Below are positions 18,532 through 27,102 of a stretch of DNA of 64,000 nucleotides, piece after piece. The position numbers and the translations under genes are program-made. The notes beneath the pieces are model-generated. The model searched no databases, was not told the DNA's origin, and saw only the letters and a list, made by a program, of their open reading frames with translations. Position 1 is the first letter of the stretch, and every line of letters starts with the position of its first letter. Source of the DNA: Alphaproteobacteria bacterium (lineage in GTDB: Bacteria; Pseudomonadota; Alphaproteobacteria; UBA8366); assembly GCA_965228425.1 (NCBI GenBank), contig OZ245815.1, positions 3,672,095 through 3,736,094 of the forward strand. Direction: 5' to 3'.

Positions 18532-18562
18532 TTGAACCTACAGTCACTGTAGATATTAGGAT
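18532..18562 (+). promoter_or_regulatory. MerR-type promoter/operator for the CDF transporter gene
   Basis: -35 TTGAAC (18532-18537), a 19-bp spacer, and -10 TAGGAT (18557-18562). A perfect dyad CTACAGT-c-ACTGTAG lies at 18538-18552. Confidence 0.7.
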
Positions 18563-18611
18563 CACGTCGTAGAAAACAAGGATTGTCCGAAACTGCGCTT
18601 CCGGAGCCATC

Positions 18612-19259
18612 ATGGCGGGTTGCTGTGACCGTAACGTGACTTTCGACGGATCATCGCCGGCGTACCGGCGCGTTCTTTGGATCGTCATCGCCATCAACGC
18701 GGTGATGTTCGTCGTCGAGATGTCGGCGGGCGCCGCCGCCGGGTCGAAGGCGCTGCAAGCCGACGCCCTCGATTTCCTCGGCGACACGCTGACCTATGGG
18801 CTCAGCCTCTACGTCATCGGCAAATCGGTGCGCATGCGGGCGACTGCGGCGCTGATGAAGGGCGTTTCCCTCGCCCTGATGGGCATCGGCGTCTTGGGAT
18901 GGACGATCTATCAGACCTTCATCCTCGGTGTGCCTGACGCGATGGTGATGAGCGGCGTCGCCTTCCTCGCCTTCGCGGCCAATATAGTGTGCGCGCTGTT
19001 GCTGCTGAAGTTCCGGGACGGCGATTCGAATGTGCGCTCGGTCTGGCTGTGCAGCCGTAACGATGCGATCGGCAACGTTGCGGTGATTGGCGCGGCGGGC
19101 GTGGTCCTCCTGACCGGCAGCGCATGGCCCGATCTGATCGTCGCCGCGGCGATGGCCGCGTTATTCCTGCAGTCGTCGATCAAGATCATCCGCCAGGCGA
19201 CGACTGAGTTGCGCTTGGTGCGCGCCGACGCGGAAGCTTCCGCCGGTACTGCGGATTAG
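18612..19259 (+). CDS. cation diffusion facilitator (CDF) transporter, short form without a cytoplasmic C-terminal domain
   Basis: 6 TM. TM2 carries ALQADALDFLGD and TM5 carries RNDAIGN (site-A-like residues). N-terminus is MAGCC. The protein ends ~20 aa after TM6. Confidence 0.8.
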   Translation: MAGCCDRNVTFDGSSPAYRRVLWIVIAINAVMFVVEMSAGAAAGSKALQADALDFLGDTLTYGLSLYVIGKSVRMRATAALMKGVSLALMGIGVLGWTIYQTFILGVPDAMVMSGVAFLAFAANIVCALLLLKFRDGDSNVRSVWLCSRNDAIGNVAVIGAAGVVLLTGSAWPDLIVAAAMAALFLQSSIKIIRQATTELRLVRADAEASAGTAD

Positions 19260-20254
19260 GAGAGACCGGGCGTCCGCTCCAACGCCGCCAGGAACAGCAA
19301 CGCGCCGATCGTCACCACGAACAACGCCCCCAGCATGCCGACCCCCCGTAGGATCAACGGCTGGGCCGCGCCGTGCGCGTCAGTGGCGTGGATAATCGTG
19401 CGCCGCGCGCCGATGGCTAGCAGGCCCACGATCGAGACGGTGATCGCGACCCCGAACGCCATGGCCAGCGCGCCGAGAATTCCGACCGCATAAAGGCCGT
19501 TCGCCATGGTGAACAGCAGCAGAATGATCGCGCCGCTGCACGGCCGGATACCGGCGGCGAGCGCGGCCACGATCATATCTCGACCTTCTCGGTACCAGGG
19601 GACGTCCCCGCCCGAATGATGGTGACCGTGACTGTGTCCCTGACCATGGTGATGATCGTCGCCCGGGCCGTGTGAATGATCGCAGTCCTTGCCGCGAAAC
19701 GCGCCCCAGGCCATGTACAACCCAAGCAGGATCACCAATGCATAGCTGACGAGTTCGATGGTAACGGCGTAGCCCAACACCTGAATGCGGCCGAACCCCA
19801 TCGCGAAGACCAGGACGAAGACGATGACGATCGCCGACACGGCCTGCGTCAACGCAATCAGGCCGCTCATGATGATGCCGTGCGACACCGGGCCGTTGCG
19901 CGCCAGGAAGTAGCTGGTGACGATAAACTTGCCGTGCCCCGGCCCTGCGGCATGGAAGACGCCGTACAGGAAGGCCACGCCGATGACGATCAACGCCGGC
20001 AGAAGCGAGTCCGACGTTTCGATTTCTTTCAGCTTGGCGTGGAGGTCCTTGTTCAGGTCACGCTGCACGGCGGCGATCTTGAGCAGAAGCCCCCGATAGG
20101 ACCGCTCGAGCGCGCCCGGCGGGGTCGCCGGTGCCTCGGTTTCAGTGGCTTTCGGGGCAAACGGATTGCCCGCGTCGGACGCCTGCGCCACGCCTGCGCT
20201 CAAGACGCCGAACCCGACAACCATCAAAAAGGAAATCGCAAGGAGGCGGATCAT
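19256..20254 (-). CDS. nickel/cobalt transporter, RcnA/HoxN-like permease with a His-rich loop
   Basis: FLYGVFHAAGPGHGK motif, loop DCDHSHGPGDDHHHGQGHSHGHHHSGG, and GIRPCSGAI. The ATG at 20254 is adjacent to the DUF1007 gene stop. Confidence 0.8.
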   Translation of the reverse strand: MIRLLAISFLMVVGFGVLSAGVAQASDAGNPFAPKATETEAPATPPGALERSYRGLLLKIAAVQRDLNKDLHAKLKEIETSDSLLPALIVIGVAFLYGVFHAAGPGHGKFIVTSYFLARNGPVSHGIIMSGLIALTQAVSAIVIVFVLVFAMGFGRIQVLGYAVTIELVSYALVILLGLYMAWGAFRGKDCDHSHGPGDDHHHGQGHSHGHHHSGGDVPWYREGRDMIVAALAAGIRPCSGAIILLLFTMANGLYAVGILGALAMAFGVAITVSIVGLLAIGARRTIIHATDAHGAAQPLILRGVGMLGALFVVTIGALLFLAALERTPGLS

Positions 20255-20255
20255 C

Positions 20256-20879
20256 TCAGCTCGTTGCGCAGAGAACATCGACCTTTTTCGGAATAACCAT
20301 GTCGAAATAGATCGGGTTCTCCGCGTCGTCGCCCACCTTGAAATGACAGGCCCGGCCGCTCTCGCCGGTGAACCGCACCGGGTCCATCTCGTCATGGACG
20401 ACGGAGACATAGAAGGTTGCGTCATACACGCCGAAACTCAGCGTGCTCCGGCGCGGATCGACCGGCTCATCGAACGGAACGGTGAAGGAATAGCTGACCC
20501 GCCCATCCTTCGCGACGGCGGCAAAATCCGTAACCCGCGGCGCCGGCAGAAGCTTCCCGTCAACCCGGATATGCGTGAAATACCGCAACTCCTTCAGCGC
20601 GCTGAACGCGCCCGCCTGCAACGCTGCGATCTCGCCCTTGTGGAAGGACTTGTCCTTGTCCTTGTCGAAATCCTCGAACAGCAGGAAGCTGAAAATCTCA
20701 TCGAAAGTCCAGTGGAAGCGCAGGCCGGTGATCTTTCCGTTCTCGAACTGAACGTAGGAGACATTATCGATGAAGACATGCGGATGGGCATCCGCCGACG
20801 GCCCCGCCGCCATCGTCAGCCAGGCACCGACGACGGTGAGCATTGCGACTCGATACGCCTTTTGAAACCGATGCTTCAT
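20256..20879 (-). CDS. DUF1007-family periplasmic protein (partner of the Ni/Co permease)
   Basis: Signal peptide followed by DAHPHVFIDN...LRFHWTFDEIFS, characteristic of DUF1007. It lies immediately upstream of the permease. Confidence 0.75.
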   Translation of the reverse strand: MKHRFQKAYRVAMLTVVGAWLTMAAGPSADAHPHVFIDNVSYVQFENGKITGLRFHWTFDEIFSFLLFEDFDKDKDKSFHKGEIAALQAGAFSALKELRYFTHIRVDGKLLPAPRVTDFAAVAKDGRVSYSFTVPFDEPVDPRRSTLSFGVYDATFYVSVVHDEMDPVRFTGESGRACHFKVGDDAENPIYFDMVIPKKVDVLCATS

Positions 20880-20965
20880 GATCGACGGTACCCTATCTGC
20901 CCCACCGGAAAGTGCAAGCATGAACAAACCGGATTAATAATTGATTTATGGTGAATGCCTCGAAA

Positions 20966-21610
20966 TCAAGTCTTTACGTAGGCGTCGAGTTGCCCCGTCG
21001 GCACCCCGCGACGGATCGGCACGCAGTCGTTCGGGAAATCCTGGCCGAGCATGTATCCTTGGTCCACAAGTGTTCGGACGAATCGGTCGAGATGGGCCAT
21101 CGCCGGCGCAACGAAGTCATGCAGCACGACGAGGGTGTGCTGGTTCACCGAACAATGTGCCAAGGCCCGGGCCGGCCAGCCGTCGTGATCCTCCCAATCG
21201 CGCGGGATCGAATTCCAAATGACGACGCTATAGCTGCCATCCGTTAGGAAATCGCGGGCGGCGGCGCTCATCAGCCAAGGGCCGATCCGGCCGCCGCCGC
21301 CGAACGGCCGAAACCACCGCGACTCATGTGCCAGATCGCCGATCTCGCGCTGGGTCGCCCCGATTTCGCGGTCCGGCGCGCTCGGGTCGTCGATCCGGCC
21401 GAGCGGCGTCTCGTGGGTCCAAGTGTGGTTGCCGATCCAGTGGCCCTCGGCATGCGCGCGTTCGGCTACCCTGCGCGCCGCCGGGTCTGCCAGTTTGCGG
21501 CCGATCACGAAGAAACAACTCCGCACGTCGTGCTTCGCGAGAATATCGAGAACCCGCGGCGTCACTGCCGGGTCCGGCCCATTGTCGAAGCTGAGCGTCA
21601 CCGTGGGCAT
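20966..21610 (-). CDS. polysaccharide deacetylase (NodB-homology) family protein
   Basis: TLSFDNGPDP...FFVIG...GHWIGNHTWTHE (NodB motifs 1 and 2). ATG at 21610, with 1 nt between it and the recO stop codon (21612-21614). Confidence 0.85.
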   Translation of the reverse strand: MPTVTLSFDNGPDPAVTPRVLDILAKHDVRSCFFVIGRKLADPAARRVAERAHAEGHWIGNHTWTHETPLGRIDDPSAPDREIGATQREIGDLAHESRWFRPFGGGGRIGPWLMSAAARDFLTDGSYSVVIWNSIPRDWEDHDGWPARALAHCSVNQHTLVVLHDFVAPAMAHLDRFVRTLVDQGYMLGQDFPNDCVPIRRGVPTGQLDAYVKT

Positions 21611-21611
21611 G

Positions 21612-22346
21612 TCACCCACCCTCTTGCGCGACGGCCCGCGCGAGCCGCGAAACGAGCCGTTCACGGGCGTCGGGCAGTTGCCGCCGGTGTGGCGCGAAGA
21701 GGTGACGGTCGAGGAAATACCCCGTGAGACGGAACGCGTCGGCCACCTGATCCACCGTTTCCGATCCGTCACCCAACAGGAACCCCGGCAGCGGCAGCAG
21801 TTTGTCGTGATAGGCCGCGCCCGCCGCGCGCGACACCGCCCGGCCGGTTTTCGGCGATACATAGGCGAGGTCGTCGGTCTGTCCCGTCGCCGCACACGCG
21901 GATAGGTCGAGGCCGAATCCCAGTTCGCCCAAAAGCGCAAATTCCCAACGTGCATAGGCCGCCAACCAATCGTCCTCGTCCAGTGCGGCAATCAAATTTC
22001 GCAACCCGCTGTAAACACTGGCATCGGGCTCGCGCTCCGGCACCACGAAATCGATAATGGCGGTTGCGGCGCTGAGTGCCGCCAGCCGGCCGGGATCGTC
22101 GAGCCATTGCGCGCTGACGCTGTGCAGCAGCTCGACGGTGAAGGCGCCAAGATGTTCCTCCAACCGCGCCCGCCAGGTCACCGCGACGAAATTACCTTGC
22201 TGCAGCACGCCGCGCTGCCGCCGTCCGGCACCGCCGCGCACCAACCCGGCATGACGGCCGTGTTCGGCGGTCAAAAGCGACAGGATCGCCGCGGTTTCGC
22301 CATGCTTGCGCGCGGACAGGACAATGCCGTGATCGGACCATTCCAT
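21612..22346 (-). CDS. recO: DNA repair protein RecO
   Basis: MEWSDHGIVLSARKHGETAAILSLLTAEHGRHAGLVRGG, with the expected size and the expected position after era. Confidence 0.9.
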   Translation of the reverse strand: MEWSDHGIVLSARKHGETAAILSLLTAEHGRHAGLVRGGAGRRQRGVLQQGNFVAVTWRARLEEHLGAFTVELLHSVSAQWLDDPGRLAALSAATAIIDFVVPEREPDASVYSGLRNLIAALDEDDWLAAYARWEFALLGELGFGLDLSACAATGQTDDLAYVSPKTGRAVSRAAGAAYHDKLLPLPGFLLGDGSETVDQVADAFRLTGYFLDRHLFAPHRRQLPDARERLVSRLARAVAQEGG

Positions 22347-22397
22347 AACGCCGGGACTCTACCCTACCTTTGCCGGGCGTGCCGGATTTCGAATGAA

Positions 22398-23309
22398 TCA
22401 CGCGTTGTGATCGAGACCCCACATCTGGAAATGTTCGCGGCTATCGATCCAATTCTGACGCACCTTCACCCGCAGGAAGAGATGGATCTTGCAGCCGAAC
22501 AGCGTGCCGAGTTCCTCGCGCGCCTCGGCGCCGATCTGTTTGATCAATTTGCCGCCCTTGCCCAAGATGATGGGCCGCTGGCTGTCGCGCTGCACATAAA
22601 CGATCTGGTCGATCCGGACGCTGCCGTCCTTGAACGGCTCCCAGGACTCGGTCTCGACGGCCACGGCATAGGGCACTTCCTGATGGGTTTTCAGGAACAG
22701 CTTCTCCCGCGTCACCTCGGCGGCGAGCAACCGTTGCGGCAAATCGGAAATCTGATCTTCCGGATAATGCCAAATGCCCGGCGCCACCTTCTCCGCGAAA
22801 TAGTCGTGCAAATCCTCGACGCCGTCTCCGTTCAGCGCGGAAATCATGAAGGTCTCGGTGAAGACGCCCGACTCGTTCAGGGCCGCGCTGAGCGCCAGCA
22901 GGCTCTCGCGCTTCACCTTGTCGATCTTGTTGAGGACGAGGATCGCCGTCCGGTTTTCCTTCTTTAGGCCCTCGACGATCCGCTTTGCGTTGTCGTCCAA
23001 TCCTCGGGCCACATCGACGAGGAGACAGACCTCGTCCGCTTCTGCCGCCCCCTGCCAGGCAGCGGCCACCATCGCCCGATCCAGCCGGCGGCGCGGCGCG
23101 AAGATGCCCGGCGTGTCGACAAACACGATCTGACTCGCGCCGCGGATCGAGATGCCGAGCACCCGCGACCGGGTGGTCTGCACCTTCGGGGAGACGATCG
23201 TCACCTTGGCGCCGACCATGCGGTTGATCAGGGTGGACTTCCCCGCATTCGGTGCACCCAGCACCGCGACGAAGCCGAACCGACTCTCTTCGGGTGGCGG
23301 CATCGTCAT
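22398..23309 (-). CDS. era: GTPase Era
   Basis: G1 GAPNAGKST, G3 DTPG, G4 NKID, and a KH-domain C-terminus. The ATG overlaps the rnc stop (ATGA). Confidence 0.93.
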   Translation of the reverse strand: MTMPPPEESRFGFVAVLGAPNAGKSTLINRMVGAKVTIVSPKVQTTRSRVLGISIRGASQIVFVDTPGIFAPRRRLDRAMVAAAWQGAAEADEVCLLVDVARGLDDNAKRIVEGLKKENRTAILVLNKIDKVKRESLLALSAALNESGVFTETFMISALNGDGVEDLHDYFAEKVAPGIWHYPEDQISDLPQRLLAAEVTREKLFLKTHQEVPYAVAVETESWEPFKDGSVRIDQIVYVQRDSQRPIILGKGGKLIKQIGAEAREELGTLFGCKIHLFLRVKVRQNWIDSREHFQMWGLDHNA

Positions 23310-23971
23310 TCGGACACAGCCTCCATGAGGCGTTGCGCCGCGATCTGTTCGGCGGCGCGCTTGGACGATCCGGTCCCCTCCGCGGCGGCGTGCCCTTCCA
23401 CCGAAACCGACACGGTAAAGGCCGGGGCATGATCCGGTCCCTTCCGGCCTACGACACTGTAGGTGGGCAACGGCAGACCCCGCCCCTGGGCCCACTCCTG
23501 CAACGCGGTCTTGGCGTCCTGCGGCGGCGCGATGGCCGCGGCGAGGCGTCCGGCCCAGTGATGTTCGATAAAGGGCCGGACACTGTCCAGCCCGCCATCG
23601 CTGTAAATCGCCGCGATGACCGCTTCGCAGACGTCGGCGAGGATCGAATTGTTCTCGCGGCCGCCGGAGTCCGCCTCGCTCCGGCTCAGCCGAATATGCG
23701 GACCGAGACCGATATCGCGGGCGACATCGGCCAGGGTCTCCTGACGCACAAGCGCCGCGTGACGGCGCGCCAGTGCGCCTTCCTGCTCGTCGGGAAAGGC
23801 CGCGAACAGCATATCCGCCACCACGAGGGCGAGCACACGGTCGCCAAGGAATTCCAGCCGTTCATAGCCCTCCGCCCGCCGCGGCGCGGCACTGCGATGG
23901 GTCAGCGCCTCGCTCAACAGCGCAGGCGACGAAAAAGCATATCCGAGCGCTTCCGCGGCGGCGTCCGTCAT
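23306..23971 (-). CDS. rnc: ribonuclease III
   Basis: LGYAFSSPALLSEALTHRSA, signature ERLEFLGDRVL, and a dsRBD tail. ATG at 23971; the ORF opens at TTG 23992. Confidence 0.93.
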   Translation of the reverse strand: MTDAAAEALGYAFSSPALLSEALTHRSAAPRRAEGYERLEFLGDRVLALVVADMLFAAFPDEQEGALARRHAALVRQETLADVARDIGLGPHIRLSRSEADSGGRENNSILADVCEAVIAAIYSDGGLDSVRPFIEHHWAGRLAAAIAPPQDAKTALQEWAQGRGLPLPTYSVVGRKGPDHAPAFTVSVSVEGHAAAEGTGSSKRAAEQIAAQRLMEAVSE

Positions 23972-24040
23972 GGTGCTAAGTGTATGCCGCAAAGCCAGCG
24001 GCAGGAAACCGTCCGGATGGGCGGTATTCGGTCATCACGG

Positions 24041-24856
24041 TCAATCGATGCCGTTGAACAGGCGGCCGTAGCGGACGGCGAGCGGCCATTTCCAAATTTC
24101 CCAAATCCGCGCGCTGCCGTCGGTCGAGAAGAACAGGAATTGCGCACGGCCGACGAAATTCTCGATGGGGACGAACCCCACGTTATTGGCCGCCCGGCTG
24201 TCCAGGGAATTATCCCGGTTGTCGCCCATCACGAAATACTTGCCCTTGGGCACGGTGTATTCGCGGGTATTGTCCATCTGGCCGAGATCGGTGTCGGCCT
24301 CGATGACGCGATAGGACGCGCCGTTCGGCAGCGTCTCGACATACTGCGGCACCTTGCGGACACCGCCCAGCGGGCTGCGAAGCGAGAAATCCTCGATGCG
24401 CTGCTTCTGGACCGGCTTGCCGTTGATGTGCAACTGGCCCTTGATGACTTGGATGCGGTCACCCGGCAGGCCGACCACCCGCTTGATATAATCCGTGCTG
24501 TTGTCGGTCGGCAGCTTGAAGACCGCGACGTCGCCGCGTGTCGGCGGCGTTTCCATTGCCCGGCCTTCGAACAGGGGCAGGCCGAACGGCAGGGAGTACC
24601 GGCTATATCCGTAGGAAAACTTGGAAACGAACAGGTAATCGCCGACCAGCAAGGTCGGGATCATCGATCCGGACGGAATATTAAAGGGCTCGTAAGCGAC
24701 CGTCCGCACCACCAGCGCAATCAGGACCGCATAGATGATCGTCCGCAGCGTCTCCAACAAGCCGCCTCCCGCCTTCTGCACAGGCGGCTCCGCGACGTCG
24801 GACTGTACCGTGGACTTGCCGCCGCCGGGCCCGTCGCCAGCATTATTGGATGCCAT
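24041..24856 (-). CDS. lepB: signal peptidase I
   Basis: FNIPSGSMIPTLLVGDYLFVSKF, and GDNRDNSLDSR. Confidence 0.93.
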   Translation of the reverse strand: MASNNAGDGPGGGKSTVQSDVAEPPVQKAGGGLLETLRTIIYAVLIALVVRTVAYEPFNIPSGSMIPTLLVGDYLFVSKFSYGYSRYSLPFGLPLFEGRAMETPPTRGDVAVFKLPTDNSTDYIKRVVGLPGDRIQVIKGQLHINGKPVQKQRIEDFSLRSPLGGVRKVPQYVETLPNGASYRVIEADTDLGQMDNTREYTVPKGKYFVMGDNRDNSLDSRAANNVGFVPIENFVGRAQFLFFSTDGSARIWEIWKWPLAVRYGRLFNGID

Positions 24857-25033
24857 TCAAATCCGCCATTGTCCCGAGTGTCGGCGTGATATGGGCAGTC
24901 CTGCCGCCCGCTGTCAAGGGAGGGAAATTTGCCGCCGGAAAGGCTAAGACCCGCCCTGTGTTAGAATTCCGGGCCGGATGGCGGTGATCCGCCCCAACCG
25001 TGGAAAATTAGCGAAAACGACGAGGAGAATCGG

Positions 25034-26137
25034 GTGATGGAAGGCGGTATCGTGTTACTGGGCTGCGGCGACGTGGGCCCCATTCGGGAACCGTTGGAAG
25101 ACTTCGGCGCCCTGGCCAAGCCGACACTGGCCGGCGGCGACATCCGGTTTGCCCAGTGCGAGCGTGTCTATTCCGAGCGCGGCAGCCTGCAGATCCACTC
25201 CGGCGGCGGGCACAGCCGTTGCGCGCCGCAGATGGCTTCGGTCTTCACGGATTGCGGATTCGATGTGCTGTCGGTGGCGAGCAACCATGCCATGGACTGG
25301 GGCGGAGACGCCCTGCTCGACACCATCGATCTGCTGCGCGACCAGGGTATCGCCGTGGTCGGCGGCGGCCGAAACCTGGCGGAAGCCCGGGAGCCGGCCA
25401 TCCTGGAACGCGGCGGCGTGACGGTGGCCTTCCTCGCCTATTGCTCGATCCTGCGCGAGGGCTATGCGGCCGGGCCCGACAAACCCGGCGTGGCGCCATT
25501 GCGCGCGCATACCTACTACGAGCCCTTCGACTATCAGGCGGGCGTGCCACCCCGGGTCGTGACCGTGCCCTACGCGGAAGACCTCGCTGCCATGGAAGCG
25601 GACATCGCCGCCGCCAAGAAACGAGCGCAGGTCGTCGTGGTCTCGCTGCACTGGGGCATTCACTTCATCCCCCGCATGATCGCCGACTATCAGCCGGTTG
25701 CCGCCAAGGCCGCCTTCGCCGCCGGCGCGGACCTGATCCTCGGCCATCATGCCCATGTACCGAAGGCGATCGGCGCCTATGACGGCAAGGTGTGTTTCTA
25801 CAGCCTCAGCAACTTCATCATGACGGGAACCGCAAAATCCCCTGAAGAGGCCAAAAAATTCGAGCGCGACTATCATGTCGAGCTGGACCCGGACTACCCG
25901 AACCTGGCTTACGGGTCCGACGCGAAACGCAGCCTGATCGCCAAGGCGGTGCTGGACGCGGACGGCGTCAAGCAGGTGTCCTTCCTGCCGGTCCTGATCG
26001 ACCCGCACCTGCGGCCGGAGGTCCTGCAGAACGGCGACCCGCGGTTCGACGACGCGGTGAATTTTATGGAATGGGTATCCGAGGACTTCCCCCACCGCTT
26101 CGCGGTCGAGGGTGACGAGGTCATCGTCGAGGCATAG
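25034..26137 (+). CDS. CapA-family (PGA_cap metallophosphatase-like) protein
   Basis: GDVGP...DIRFAQCE...SVASNHAMDWG...GIAVVGGGRNLAEA...VSLHWG...GHHAH. Confidence 0.8.
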   Translation: MMEGGIVLLGCGDVGPIREPLEDFGALAKPTLAGGDIRFAQCERVYSERGSLQIHSGGGHSRCAPQMASVFTDCGFDVLSVASNHAMDWGGDALLDTIDLLRDQGIAVVGGGRNLAEAREPAILERGGVTVAFLAYCSILREGYAAGPDKPGVAPLRAHTYYEPFDYQAGVPPRVVTVPYAEDLAAMEADIAAAKKRAQVVVVSLHWGIHFIPRMIADYQPVAAKAAFAAGADLILGHHAHVPKAIGAYDGKVCFYSLSNFIMTGTAKSPEEAKKFERDYHVELDPDYPNLAYGSDAKRSLIAKAVLDADGVKQVSFLPVLIDPHLRPEVLQNGDPRFDDAVNFMEWVSEDFPHRFAVEGDEVIVEA

Positions 26138-26146
26138 ACGGCGTCC

Positions 26147-27043
26147 CTATACCGGCACGTCGCCGCGCACCACGGTGCGGTTCAGGATGCGGACGTGCTT
26201 GTCCATCTCGAAATTGTCGACCGCGCGGTGCAGCAAACAGCGGTTGTCCCAGATCACCAGATCGCCGGGCCGCCAAGTGTGCCGATAGACGAAGCGGTCC
26301 TGGGTCGCGAAGGTCTGCAGTTCATCGATCAGCGCCTCGCCCTTCTCGGTTGGCCAGCCATCCACATGCGAACTGTGGTTGCCGAGATAGAGCACCTTGC
26401 GGCCGGTGCCGGGATGGGTCCGAACCAGCGGGTGATTGACCGGCGGCGCATCGCGTTTTTCCTGCTCGGTCGCGGGCCGGCTGCCCGATTTTTCCCGCGA
26501 TCGCTGCCAGCTATGCCATAGGCGGAGGGAAGCGAGGTCCCGCTTGCGTGACTCGGGTAGCGCGTCATACGCGGCTTCCATATCGGCAAACTCGGTGTCG
26601 CCGCCATCCGGCGGTAGCTGCACGGCATAGAGCAGCGTCGCGAGCGACGGCCGCGGCATATAGGACTTGTCCGTATGCCAGGCGTAATTGCCGATATTGC
26701 GCCCCCGCGCCGGGCGGTCGTTCTCGTCGAGATTGTTCACCGGATGGACTTCCGGCACACCGGCGCCGCGAAACTCGCGATTCACATGCGGCTCCAACTC
26801 ACCGAAGCGCTTGGTGAAAACAGCCTGTGCTTCCGGAGACAAATCCTGGTCCCGCAGCGCCAGCACCTTGTACCGATTTAATGCATCCAGGACGGCATCC
26901 CGGGTTGCGTCGCTCATTGGCTGGGCGGCGTCGAAACCGAATATCTCCGCGCCCATCGGCGGCGACAGCGGACGCGCCTCGAACGGCCAAGCCGCCGGCG
27001 TCCCTACCGAAACGGATTGTTTTTCTAGATTGGTGCTGGCCAT
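26147..27043 (-). CDS. TauD/TfdA-family Fe(II)/2-oxoglutarate dioxygenase
   Basis: GAEIFGFD, WHTD (H-x-D), GDTEFADM, HPLVRTHPGTGRK, WDNRCLLHRA. Confidence 0.88.
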   Translation of the reverse strand: MASTNLEKQSVSVGTPAAWPFEARPLSPPMGAEIFGFDAAQPMSDATRDAVLDALNRYKVLALRDQDLSPEAQAVFTKRFGELEPHVNREFRGAGVPEVHPVNNLDENDRPARGRNIGNYAWHTDKSYMPRPSLATLLYAVQLPPDGGDTEFADMEAAYDALPESRKRDLASLRLWHSWQRSREKSGSRPATEQEKRDAPPVNHPLVRTHPGTGRKVLYLGNHSSHVDGWPTEKGEALIDELQTFATQDRFVYRHTWRPGDLVIWDNRCLLHRAVDNFEMDKHVRILNRTVVRGDVPV

Positions 27044-27102
27044 TGGAATTGCACTCCTTCGGTGTCCGGACATTCTAGCAGAGCTGCCACATTCACGCCC
27101 AC

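Noticed and set aside
17187-20879. A classical mercury-resistance (mer) operon or transposon.
   Set aside because: No merA, merP, merB, merD, transposase or resolvase is present. Only a MerF homolog and MerR-family regulators are found, so it is a mer-like or heavy-metal islet rather than a mer operon.
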